Source: an uncultured Acidimicrobiaceae bacterium
GTDB lineage: Bacteria; Actinomycetota; Acidimicrobiia; Spongiisociales; UBA5794
Assembly: GCA_964387145.1 (NCBI GenBank)
Contig: CAYLVM010000001.1
Location: forward strand, 52,549-116,548
DNA length: 64,000 bases
Reading direction: 5' to 3'
Positions within the stretch are counted from its first letter, which is position 1; each line of letters starts with the position of its first letter. The notes under the pieces are model-generated. The model ran no database searches. It was not told where the DNA came from and saw nothing but the letters and a program-made list of their open reading frames with translations. Positions 45,960 through 55,883 of this stretch are shown piece by piece. A program made the translations under genes and the position numbers.

Positions 45960-46969
45960 CGGTCAACCTCGAGATACATGGCATCTCCGAACGAGAGGAA
46001 TCGGTACCCGTTCGCGAGTGCGTGTTCGTATGCGGTCCTCCATCGATCGCCGACCAGTGCTGCAAGCATCACGAGGAGTGTCGTTCTCGGTGCGTGGAAG
46101 TTGGTCACGAGCGCGTCGACGATCCGCGGCTCATACCCCGGTTGGATGAACAGACTCGTCGGTCCCGCGAACTCTTCGAGTACACCGGCCGCCGGTGACG
46201 CACTTTCGAGTGATCGCACAACGGTCGTCCCCACGGCGACGATCCTGCCACCACCGGAACGCGTGGCTTCACATGCTTCGACGACGTCGGGACCAACATG
46301 GATTCGCTCCGTGTGCATCCGGTGCTCTTCGATCGTCTCGGTGCTCATCGGTCTGAACGTATCGAGACCCACTTCGAGTTCGACTTCTGCGATCCCGATA
46401 CCCGCCAGAGTGAGGCCGTCGAGAAGTTCGCGTGTGAAGTGGAGCGCGGCCGTCGGGGCTGCGGCCGAGCCCACGGCACGGGCAAAGATGGTCTGATACC
46501 GCTCGGGGTCCTCGAGTGTGCCCTTGAAGTAGGGCGGGAGCGGGATGATCCCGGACTGTTCGATCGCCTCCTCGACGTCCCCGGGCGCCTCGACGGTGAC
46601 GGTCGCAACGCCGTCGATCGGGTCTGTGAGAATGGTCACCGTGAGGGTGCCACAATCAACGACCGTGCCTGCGTGGAGTTTTGCCGCTGGTCGAAGGAGC
46701 GCTCGCCACCGGTTCGGATCGACACGCTGGGTGAGCAGGATCTCGCTCTTCCCCCCACCGGGTCGCCGCCGACCAAGGAGTCGGGCAGCGCGTACCTTCG
46801 TTCTGTTGACGACCAGGAGGTCCCCGCTCCTCAGCACTTCGGGGAGCTCGTTGAATCTGTGGTCCTGGAGGCCTTCGAGCACAAGGAGGCGCGCGTCGTC
46901 ACGGGGCTCGATCGCGAACTGGGCGATCGCCTCTTCGGGCAACGTGTAGTCGAACTCGTCGGTGCGCAC
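45956..46969 (-). CDS. queA: S-adenosylmethionine:tRNA ribosyltransferase-isomerase
   Basis: FDYTLPEEAIAQ...GTTVVRSLES. Confidence 0.93.
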   Translation of the reverse strand: MRTDEFDYTLPEEAIAQFAIEPRDDARLLVLEGLQDHRFNELPEVLRSGDLLVVNRTKVRAARLLGRRRPGGGKSEILLTQRVDPNRWRALLRPAAKLHAGTVVDCGTLTVTILTDPIDGVATVTVEAPGDVEEAIEQSGIIPLPPYFKGTLEDPERYQTIFARAVGSAAAPTAALHFTRELLDGLTLAGIGIAEVELEVGLDTFRPMSTETIEEHRMHTERIHVGPDVVEACEATRSGGGRIVAVGTTVVRSLESASPAAGVLEEFAGPTSLFIQPGYEPRIVDALVTNFHAPRTTLLVMLAALVGDRWRTAYEHALANGYRFLSFGDAMYLEVDR

Positions 46970-46984
46970 AGCACAAGGGTACGG

Positions 46985-48009
<1,025 letters not shown>

Positions 48010-48010
<1 letters not shown>

Positions 48011-48585
48011 CAGGATGTCGCCCTGCCGAGTTGCTGGAGCGAACGCTTCAACATGTCGGCGACGGTGAGGTCCTGAGGCATGTCGGCAAGGGTGCCTCTG
48101 ATCTCGTCGGGTCCGTATCCAAGCCCGGCGAGGGCCTCGCGAACCTCGGAGAGCGGACCGGAAGCGGTACCAGCCTCGAAGTCGACTTCCATCTTGGGGC
48201 GGAGTTCCACCATGAGTTTCTCTGCACTTCTCTTGCCGATGCCCGGTACCGCCGTGAGCGCCGACACGTCGTGGCTGACGACCGCGATCTGCAGTTGGTC
48301 CGGTGTCATCGTGGCGAGAATAGCGAGGCCGACCTTGGGGCCGATGCCTGAGACACCGAGGAGCATCGAGAAGAGGGCCTTGTCGGCGACCGTCTCGAAA
48401 CCGAAGAGCGCGAGCTGGTCCTCGCGGACATGGAGATGTGTATGGAGCACGACCTCCTCACCGATTCCGGGAAGGCCGACAAGTGTCCGGGGCGTCACCG
48501 CAACCTGGTATCCAACGCCACCCACATCGAGCACGATGGACTCGGTCCCTCGATCAACGAGAACTCCCCGGAGACGGCCGATCAT
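48010..48585 (-). CDS. ruvA: Holliday junction DNA helicase RuvA
   Basis: [13 protein letters not shown]...[14 protein letters not shown]. The track ORF is extended into an alternate frame up to 49158. Confidence 0.93.
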
Positions 48586-49076
48586 CGTGCGATCCTCGAT
48601 GCGAGGTGCCCGCTGTGCTGCATGTGGCACAGGGCAACGCCGAGCGCATCGGCGACGTCTGCGGGTCCCGAGACGGAAGTCAGTCCGAGGCGCATCGAGA
48701 CGACGGCAGCGATCTGGTCCTTGTCGGCAGAGCCCGACCCCGTGATGGTGAGCTTCATCTGCGATGGTGTGTACTCGGCCATGGTTATGCCGTACCCGGC
48801 AACCGTCGCCATGATGACTCCAGATGCACGGGCGACGGCGATCGCCGTACCTCTGTTCCTGTTCATGAACACCTGCTCGATCGCGGCACAGTCGACCTCG
48901 TACTCCCCGAGTACACCGAGGATGTCCGCTCGGAGCTCGAGGAGGCGTTGTGCCGTGGAGCCAGCGGGGTCGGTCCGGATGACTCCCGCCGTCACGGCTC
49001 GCGGGCGATCTGGATGTGATTCGACGATCCCGTACCCGGTGCGGGTGAGCCCGGGATCGATACCTAGAACGAACAT
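48582..49076 (-). CDS. ruvC: Crossover junction endodeoxyribonuclease RuvC
   Basis: MFVLGIDPGLTRTGYGIV...AIEQVF. The track ORF is extended to 49283. Confidence 0.93.
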   Translation of the reverse strand: MFVLGIDPGLTRTGYGIVESHPDRPRAVTAGVIRTDPAGSTAQRLLELRADILGVLGEYEVDCAAIEQVFMNRNRGTAIAVARASGVIMATVAGYGITMAEYTPSQMKLTITGSGSADKDQIAAVVSMRLGLTSVSGPADVADALGVALCHMQHSGHLASRIAR

Positions 49077-49136
49077 ATGTTCGGATGATAGGAGCGGGGT
49101 GTGACATTGCAAGTATCGATCCCCGTCCCTTGGCGT

Positions 49137-49178
49137 CTGGCGCCGATACAGCTCGCATCCGAGCTGTATCGGCGCCAG
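49137..49178. repeat. 42-nt perfect palindromic hairpin element, copy B (CTGGCGCCGATACAGCTCG-CATC-CGAGCTGTATCGGCGCCAG), in the yebC-ruvC spacer
   Basis: It has 19-bp perfect arms and is a paralog of copy A at 630-671, with compensatory C/T and G/A changes in the arms. Confidence 0.75.
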
Positions 49179-49206
49179 AGTCCAGATGCGCCGCGGGGAT
49201 GGGAGC

Positions 49207-49944
49207 TCACTCGAGGGTCGCCAACACCTCGTCCGGGATGTCGAAGTTGGCGTAGACCTCCTGAACGTCATCGAGATCCTCAAGTGCGTCCACGAGCCGG
49301 AGCACCTTGGGGGCGGTCACTGCATCGACGGCGACGGAGACCGAAGGAAGGTACGTCACGTCGGCGGAGTCGATCGATACATCCGCAGCTTCGAGTTCGG
49401 AACGCACGGCTGTGAGATCGCCAGGTTCACAGACGATCTCCCACTGGTCCCCTTCGGGAGTGATGTCGTCGGCACCACCTTCGAGTGCCGCCATCATCAC
49501 CGTGTCCTCGTCGCCCGATGCAAGGATGTACCCCTTCTGTTCGAAGAGGTAGCCGACAGATCCCGGTTCGCCAAGGTTCCCGCCGTTCTTCGTGAACGCT
49601 GAACGGACATCGGATGCGGCACGGTTGCGGTTGTCGGTGAGGATGTGCACGTAGAGCGCCACTCCGCCGGGTGCGTACCCCTCGTAGAAGGCCTCCGTGT
49701 AGTCGACACCGTCGACATCACCGCTCCCTCGTGCGATCGCGCGATCGATGTTGTCCTTTGGGACCGAGTTGTCCTTCGCCTTCTGGACCGCCGTGAAAAG
49801 GGTTGGATTTGCAGAGAGGTCGTTGCCTCCATTACGCGCAGCGGACTCGATCGCCTTGATCAACTTGGCGAACAACTTGCCGCGTTTGGCGTCCTGACGC
49901 CCCTTGCGGTGCTTGATGTTCGCCCATTTCGAATGTCCAGACAT
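49207..49944 (-). CDS. YebC/PmpR family DNA-binding transcriptional regulator
   Basis: [28 protein letters not shown]... Confidence 0.95.
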   Translation of the reverse strand: MSGHSKWANIKHRKGRQDAKRGKLFAKLIKAIESAARNGGNDLSANPTLFTAVQKAKDNSVPKDNIDRAIARGSGDVDGVDYTEAFYEGYAPGGVALYVHILTDNRNRAASDVRSAFTKNGGNLGEPGSVGYLFEQKGYILASGDEDTVMMAALEGGADDITPEGDQWEIVCEPGDLTAVRSELEAADVSIDSADVTYLPSVSVAVDAVTAPKVLRLVDALEDLDDVQEVYANFDIPDEVLATLE

Positions 49945-49953
49945 GCGATCTCC

Positions 49954-50538
49954 TCAGCCAGCGTCCAGGAAGTCGACGAGCATCTGGTGAAGACGCGGAT
50001 CACCGGTCAGCTCCGGGTGGAATGAGCTTGCAAGGATACGACCTTGACGCACCAACACGGGGTGCTTGACTCCTTCGGGATCGGTGACCGAGCCAAGCAC
50101 AGACACATCCGCTCCGACCTTGTGGATCCACGGGGCACGGATGAACACAGCGTGCATGGGTGAATCGAGTCCGACAACGTCGAGGTCCGCCTCGAACGAA
50201 TCGATCTGACGTCCGAACGCGTTGCGCTCCACGACCGCATCGAGCACACCGAGCTGTGGCTGGTGTCCCGACACCGTCGAGGCAGCGAGGAAGATCATGC
50301 CGGCGCACGTGCCGAGAACCGGCATCCCATCGAGACACCGCTGCCGGATAGGTTCGATGAGCCCGTAGCGTTGCGCGAGCTTGCCGATCGTCGTCGACTC
50401 ACCACCGGGAATGACGAGTGCGTCGACGGCGTCGAGCTCGCTCGGTGTGCGCACCTCATTCGCACTGACACCGATCGACCGCAACAACGCGACGTGCTCC
50501 CGAAAGTCGCCCTGGAGGGCGAGCACTCCGGCGTTCAT
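49954..50538 (-). CDS. pdxT: Pyridoxal 5'-phosphate synthase glutaminase subunit PdxT
   Basis: [11 protein letters not shown]...GTCAGMI. Confidence 0.93.
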   Translation of the reverse strand: MNAGVLALQGDFREHVALLRSIGVSANEVRTPSELDAVDALVIPGGESTTIGKLAQRYGLIEPIRQRCLDGMPVLGTCAGMIFLAASTVSGHQPQLGVLDAVVERNAFGRQIDSFEADLDVVGLDSPMHAVFIRAPWIHKVGADVSVLGSVTDPEGVKHPVLVRQGRILASSFHPELTGDPRLHQMLVDFLDAG

Positions 50539-51428
50539 GAGCCTCGTAGCTGCATCATCTCGGAGTCCGGCAACGTGTCGATGTTGATACCGACCATCGC
50601 CTCTCCGAGGTTCCTCGATACCTTCGCGATCTTCTCCGGATCCTTGTAGAACGTCGTCGCTTCCACGATCGCCTCGGCACGTTCTGCAGGATCACCAGAC
50701 TTGAAGATCCCCGACCCGACGAACACGCCGTCACATCCGAGTTGCATCATCAACGCTGCATCCGATGGAGTCGCGATGCCTCCGGCTGCAAAGTTCACGA
50801 CCGGCAAGGTCCCGGTGCTCGCGACCTCCTTGACGAGGTCGTAGGGAGCGCGAATGTCCCGTGCTGCGTTCATCAACTCGTTGGTCGTCAACGTCGTCAG
50901 GTTCCGGATCTGTGCGGTCATGACACGCATGTGTCTGACGGCTTCGATGACGTTGCCTGTGCCGGGCTCACCCTTTGTGCGGATCATCGCTGCGCCTTCA
51001 CCGATCCGCCGAAGAGCCTCTCCGAGATCCTTGGCGCCACAGACGAACGGGACGGTGAAGACGTGCTTGTCGATGTGGTTCTCATCCACGGGAGACAGCA
51101 CCTCGGATTCATCGATGTAGTCGACGCCGAGCGACTGAAGTACCTGGGCTTCGACGAAGTGCCCGATCCTCGACTTCGCCATGACGGGGATCGAGACGGA
51201 GTTGACGATCTCTTCGACCTTTGCGGGGTCGGCCATGCGTGCAACACCGCCGTGAGCCCGAATGTCTGCAGGGACTCGCTCGAGTGCCATGACAGCGCAA
51301 GCGCCGGCGGCTTCAGCAAGCCTGGCCTGCTCGGCGTTGACGACATCCATGATGACGCCGCCCTTGAGCATCTCAGCCAGACCGCGCTTGACCTTGTCTG
51401 TGCCGTATTCGGTGGTTGCCTCTGCCAT
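50535..51428 (-). CDS. pdxS: Pyridoxal 5'-phosphate synthase lyase subunit PdxS
   Basis: [20 protein letters not shown]...[21 protein letters not shown]. Confidence 0.96.
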   Translation of the reverse strand: MAEATTEYGTDKVKRGLAEMLKGGVIMDVVNAEQARLAEAAGACAVMALERVPADIRAHGGVARMADPAKVEEIVNSVSIPVMAKSRIGHFVEAQVLQSLGVDYIDESEVLSPVDENHIDKHVFTVPFVCGAKDLGEALRRIGEGAAMIRTKGEPGTGNVIEAVRHMRVMTAQIRNLTTLTTNELMNAARDIRAPYDLVKEVASTGTLPVVNFAAGGIATPSDAALMMQLGCDGVFVGSGIFKSGDPAERAEAIVEATTFYKDPEKIAKVSRNLGEAMVGINIDTLPDSEMMQLRGS

Positions 51429-51481
51429 AGTTCGCTTCCCTTTGTGGTCGAAACCCGATTCTACATGGCGCTGGAGTTCGA

Positions 51482-52525
51482 TCAGGAACGATGCGCTGCG
51501 ATCGCGTCCTCGTACGCCACGATGTACTCCTGTGCAACACGTGTACCGTCGAACATTCTCACCCGATCCCTTGCCCGCCCTGCGAGGTCTCCCCGACGGG
51601 AATCATCGACGAGAAGCCCCGCCACCGCTTCTGCGAGATCTCGGGAGTTCCCAGGAGCGACGATTTCGCCGGAATCACCAAGGACGTGGATGAATGCCGG
51701 GATCCCGGATGCCACAACGGCACAGCCTGAGGCCATGGCTTCTGCGACGATGATCCCGAACGATTCACCGCGCAGGTTCGGCGCCACGAACACTTCCGCT
51801 TCGGCAAGGCGGGCGTACTTCTCTTCGTTCCCGACCGGGCCGAGGAACGTCACACCATCGATCTCGATATCTCGCGATGCACCCATGACGTGGAGCGACG
51901 CGCCAGCGTGCGCTGCGATGACTTTGGGCCACGCCTCGAGGAGGACATCGAGGCCCTTTCGGGGGTCGTCCCTTCCGAGGAAGGCGACACGTCCAGGTAC
52001 ATGATCACCTTTCCCATAGGCGTCGACGTCGATGCCGTTCGGGATGATCCGGGCATCGAGGACGCCCGTGACAGCGGAGCGTGCAACCGGGCTGACTGTG
52101 GTGACGACATCGAGCTTGCCGAGGATCTTGCGGACGATCGGCGACAACGTCGTGTACCCCCTTCGCGCCCACGGGGGCGCATCGGCGTGAAAGGTTCCCA
52201 CCGTTGGTCTGTCCCCGATCCGACTCGCCGTCAAGGACACCATGGGCATGAGCGGCTCATGGATGTGGACCACGTCTGCGTCGCCGACGGCGTCGTTGAT
52301 CTTGGATCGGACACGTGGATCGAGGGCGATCGGGGTCCGTGCCGCATTCGCCTTCACGATGCTCGTGCCCGCCACGAGCACGGCACCGGGGGGTCCCTCG
52401 GTTCCGGGACCGATGACCGTCGACGAGTGCCCTGCCTGCTCGAGCCATCCCGCCAACCTGATCGCTTGATCCTGAACACCGCCAGGTTTGCCGAGGTCGT
52501 AGGGGCAGACGATGGCAACGTGCAT
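51482..52525 (-). CDS. pimA: GT4 glycosyltransferase, phosphatidylinositol alpha-mannosyltransferase PimA-like
   Basis: It has a GT-B fold with [12 protein letters not shown]. The pgsA1-acyltransferase-pimA synteny matches mycobacteria. Confidence 0.85.
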   Translation of the reverse strand: MHVAIVCPYDLGKPGGVQDQAIRLAGWLEQAGHSSTVIGPGTEGPPGAVLVAGTSIVKANAARTPIALDPRVRSKINDAVGDADVVHIHEPLMPMVSLTASRIGDRPTVGTFHADAPPWARRGYTTLSPIVRKILGKLDVVTTVSPVARSAVTGVLDARIIPNGIDVDAYGKGDHVPGRVAFLGRDDPRKGLDVLLEAWPKVIAAHAGASLHVMGASRDIEIDGVTFLGPVGNEEKYARLAEAEVFVAPNLRGESFGIIVAEAMASGCAVVASGIPAFIHVLGDSGEIVAPGNSRDLAEAVAGLLVDDSRRGDLAGRARDRVRMFDGTRVAQEYIVAYEDAIAAHRS

Positions 52526-53421
52526 CAGCGGTTCTCTGCGAATTCGTCAGACGGCCAGTTCGGTTGGAAGAGATGCCACTGTGATGGGGCCTCCCGAATC
52601 ATGCCCTCGAGGACGTTGGCGAGGGCCTGTGCACCGCGCGAGACTCGTTCGGCTCTGTTGTCTCCTCCCGGCAACTCGACTTCGTCGTGGACCACGATGC
52701 GATGGCCGGCTCCCTCCTGGAAGTAGACCGCTACAGGGATCAATGCAGCGTTCGTCATGTCGGCGAGCGCCACCGGACCAGCAGGGATCGTCGTGCGCTC
52801 ACCGAAGAACTCGGCCTCAAGGCCACGGCCGGTGACATCGCGGTCGGCGAGGAGAGCGATCGCCCCCCGATCCTTCAGATTGCGGACCAGCTTGGATCGT
52901 CGCTGCGGATCGGTCGTCAAGATGATGCCGACATCGAACTTGGCCCGCACATCGACGAACCACTGTGTGATGAGCCTGTTCGGCAGATCTTCGGCAATCG
53001 CGATGATCGGCACACCGATCTCTTTTGCGATGATTCCGGCAATCTCCCAGTTTCCCATGTGGGGGACGGCGAACACGATCGCTCTACCTTGGCGCTTCGC
53101 TTCGAAGATCGGATCGAAGTTGACGCGCTCGACACGCCGCGAGATGGCTTGCTTGCGGCGCGGGCGAAACCAGAACGTTTCTGTCCAGTAGCGACCGTAG
53201 GAGCGATACATCCCCTCAACGGCCTCAGCGACTTCTTGTGGTGTCGCTTCGGCGCCAAGGACGCGCCGCATGTGCCTGGTAAGGAGCTCGTTACGGTCCG
53301 ATCCACGGCGGTACGCCAACGTTCCGCCGATCTCGCCGAGACGGCGAACGGCGTACTCGGGGAGGATGCCGAACATCGCAGCCGCGATCCGAAACGGGAT
53401 GTAGGTGAGCCAGGTCTTCAC
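52525..53421 (-). CDS. Lipid A biosynthesis lauroyl/myristoyl-like acyltransferase (PIM acyltransferase, Rv2611c-like)
   Basis: ...FAVPHMGNWEIAG... is the LPLAT/HtrB-like family. The GTG start at 53421 forms a GTGA overlap with the pgsA stop; the track ORF is extended to 53715. Confidence 0.8.
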   Translation of the reverse strand: MKTWLTYIPFRIAAAMFGILPEYAVRRLGEIGGTLAYRRGSDRNELLTRHMRRVLGAEATPQEVAEAVEGMYRSYGRYWTETFWFRPRRKQAISRRVERVNFDPIFEAKRQGRAIVFAVPHMGNWEIAGIIAKEIGVPIIAIAEDLPNRLITQWFVDVRAKFDVGIILTTDPQRRSKLVRNLKDRGAIALLADRDVTGRGLEAEFFGERTTIPAGPVALADMTNAALIPVAVYFQEGAGHRIVVHDEVELPGGDNRAERVSRGAQALANVLEGMIREAPSQWHLFQPNWPSDEFAENR

Positions 53422-54035
53422 GCGTCGAGCTGCTGCCAGGTCTTTCGGATGCGTTGTGCCACGGTGAAGCCGGTGAGAACGACGAAGATCCACAGGAGCG
53501 GCTCCATGATCGGCGCACCGACACCGACGGCCATCGTTCCGATGAGGATGAGGATCATCCGCTCGGCACGACCCATCCAGCCCCCCTTGCCTTCGAGGCC
53601 AGCAAGTTCGGCCTTCGAGCGAACATAGGGCACGAGGAGCGAGAACGCCATTGCCACCACACACAGGATCAGGAGGCGGGGCTCGAACCGAAGAAACACC
53701 GCAAGGCCGACCCACACTGCGATCTCTCCGAAGCGGTCCGACATCGTGTCGAGGAACGCTCCCCGATCAGAGACTTTGTCGAGCTGGCGGGCGAGAGGGC
53801 CATCGAGAGCGTCGAGAGCCACACCTGTGCCCGCAATGAACCCTCCGAGGAGCAGGTATCCAGACGCGACGAACACAGCACCAACAATCGTCACGAGCAA
53901 CCCGATGATCGTCACGACGGCGGGTGTGAACCCGATCTTGGCAAGTACACCGGCGATCGGCTCGAGGAATGGGGCGATTCGCTTTCGTCCCTTGAGATCA
54001 AGCAAAAGGTCTCCTTCGCGCCAGAAAGGTACCAC
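53418..54035 (-). CDS. pgsA1: CDP-alcohol phosphatidyltransferase (phosphatidylinositol phosphate synthase PgsA1-like)
   Basis: DALDGPLARQ...DTMSDRFGE matches the CDP-OH phosphotransferase motif, with multiple transmembrane segments. Confidence 0.88.
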   Translation of the reverse strand: MVPFWREGDLLLDLKGRKRIAPFLEPIAGVLAKIGFTPAVVTIIGLLVTIVGAVFVASGYLLLGGFIAGTGVALDALDGPLARQLDKVSDRGAFLDTMSDRFGEIAVWVGLAVFLRFEPRLLILCVVAMAFSLLVPYVRSKAELAGLEGKGGWMGRAERMILILIGTMAVGVGAPIMEPLLWIFVVLTGFTVAQRIRKTWQQLDA

Positions 54036-54137
54036 AGACTGGACCGGTTCAGCGACCCACTAGAATTGGAGTATCCAGGAGTGCCCGCACGTCCCTGTCG
54101 GTGACTCCCCGCCTCGTAGACGAAGGGTCGAATAGCC

Positions 54138-55430
54138 ATGAGTGACAAAACCGCAAGCCTCGATCTCGGTAAGGAACCCATACAGCTCGACGTATATGAG
54201 TCGACAGTCGGTCAACCGGGTATAGATATTCGCAAGCTGAGGGCAACGACCGGCCATGTCACGTTCGACCCTGGCTTTGGGAACACAGCCGCTGCTCACT
54301 CGACGATCACCTACATCGACGGGGCCGCCGGCATACTTCTCCATCGTGGATACCGGATCGAGGCGCTCGCCGAGAACTGTTCGTTCCTCGAAGTCGCGTA
54401 CCTTCTCCTGTACGGTCACCTGCCGAACTCCACGGAGCTTGCCGCCTGGACGACCTCGATCTCGACCCACACGCTGTTGAACGAAGAGATGCGGTCCTTC
54501 TTCGACGCCTTCCCTCGCAGGGCCCACCCGATGGCGGTGCTGTCATCCGCTACAAACGCCATCTCGACGTTCTACGACGTGTACCGACGGCCGATGCGTG
54601 GGGACGAGATCGACGCCGGAGCGCGCACGCTCATCGCAAAGCTTCCCACGGTTGCGGCGTGGGCGTTCAAGAAGTCGATCGGCGAACCCTACGTGTACCC
54701 ACAGAACGACCTCGGGTACGTCGAGAACTTCCTCCACATGATGTTCGCGAGGCCCGTCGAGGACACCACGATCGACCCAGCCGTGGTGAAGGCACTCAAC
54801 GTTCTGCTCATCCTGCATGCAGATCACGAGATGAACTGCTCGACGTCGACCGTGCGCGGCGTGGGTTCGAGCCGGGCGAACATGTTCACATCGGTCGCCG
54901 CCGGCATGGGCGCGCTGTGGGGCCCACTCCACGGTGGAGCCAACCAGGCGGTCATCGAGATGCTCCAGGCGATCCACGACGATCCGACTGCAACCGTCGA
55001 GTCGACGATCGCCAGGGCCAAGGACAAAGACGACGACTTCCGGCTCATGGGCTTCGGCCACCGTGTCTACAGCAACTACGACCCGCGTGCCCGCGTGCTC
55101 GCATCCTTTGCAGAGGACGTCCTCAACAGCATGGATCGGACGGACCCCCTGCTCGAGATCGCGCGAGAGCTCGAGGCTGCTGCGCTTGCAGATGATTACT
55201 TCGCCGAACGCCACCTGTTCCCGAACGTCGATTTCTACTCGGGAATCATCTACCGGGCTCTCGACTTCCCGCTGCGGATGTTCACGGTCCTGTTCGCCAT
55301 CGGACGCCTCCCTGGTTGGATCGCCCACTGGATGGAGATGAACCTCGATGCAGAAACACGCATCATGCGTCCCCGTCAGCTCTACATCGGTGAGCCGGAG
55401 CGACCGTTCGTCTCACTCGACGAGCGCTGA
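54138..55430 (+). CDS. gltA: Citrate synthase (type II)
   Basis: ...GYRIEALAEN...ILHADHEMNCSTSTVR...MGFGHRVY... Confidence 0.96.
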   Translation: MSDKTASLDLGKEPIQLDVYESTVGQPGIDIRKLRATTGHVTFDPGFGNTAAAHSTITYIDGAAGILLHRGYRIEALAENCSFLEVAYLLLYGHLPNSTELAAWTTSISTHTLLNEEMRSFFDAFPRRAHPMAVLSSATNAISTFYDVYRRPMRGDEIDAGARTLIAKLPTVAAWAFKKSIGEPYVYPQNDLGYVENFLHMMFARPVEDTTIDPAVVKALNVLLILHADHEMNCSTSTVRGVGSSRANMFTSVAAGMGALWGPLHGGANQAVIEMLQAIHDDPTATVESTIARAKDKDDDFRLMGFGHRVYSNYDPRARVLASFAEDVLNSMDRTDPLLEIARELEAAALADDYFAERHLFPNVDFYSGIIYRALDFPLRMFTVLFAIGRLPGWIAHWMEMNLDAETRIMRPRQLYIGEPERPFVSLDER

Positions 55431-55433
55431 TCG

Positions 55434-55880
55434 TCACGGAGCTTCGACGGCCTCTTCATAGATCCCGGTGATCTCGCCGGAGAGGCCGTCGACGGTCACC
55501 AACGCCTGACGGTCCGGGGTGGGGCCTGCAGAGAATACGAGAACCTGCCAGATTGGTTTGGCGAGTGGACCGCGGAATCCCAGGGTTGCTGATCCGTGTC
55601 CGAAAGCGAACGATGTGGTGTCGCCGGCCTTCTCGATCGCCTCCATGTCCGTCACCTCGAGCTTCCATCCGCCAAGGAACTGGTAGCCGGCGATCAAGGT
55701 GAGTGGCAGGACCGCGGTGAACCACATGACATCCACCCCCGAGACGACCACGAGCGCTGCACTTCCAGCTGCCATGACGAGGTACACGGCTCCGGCGGTA
55801 CGGCGCTTGGCCGTGTCGAGCCGACGGTACGGTGTCAGCGGTTCATCACCGGGGTACCCAGCCGTTCCGGCGCCCGTCAT
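55434..55880 (-). CDS. Hypothetical membrane protein (two transmembrane helices), downstream of the MMPL gene
   Basis: A 148-aa ORF with a 4-nt gap to the MMPL stop and hydrophobic segments AVYLVMAAGSAALVVV / WFTAVLPLTLIAGY. No family was recognised. Confidence 0.55.
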   Translation of the reverse strand: MTGAGTAGYPGDEPLTPYRRLDTAKRRTAGAVYLVMAAGSAALVVVSGVDVMWFTAVLPLTLIAGYQFLGGWKLEVTDMEAIEKAGDTTSFAFGHGSATLGFRGPLAKPIWQVLVFSAGPTPDRQALVTVDGLSGEITGIYEEAVEAP

Positions 55881-55883
55881 CGA

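Noticed and set aside
54036-54137. tRNA or ncRNA in the pgsA1/gltA divergent spacer
   Set aside because: There is no cloverleaf-compatible sequence or conserved motif. It is most likely just divergent promoters.
54543-55328. 261-aa minus-strand ORF
   Set aside because: It is antisense to citrate synthase.
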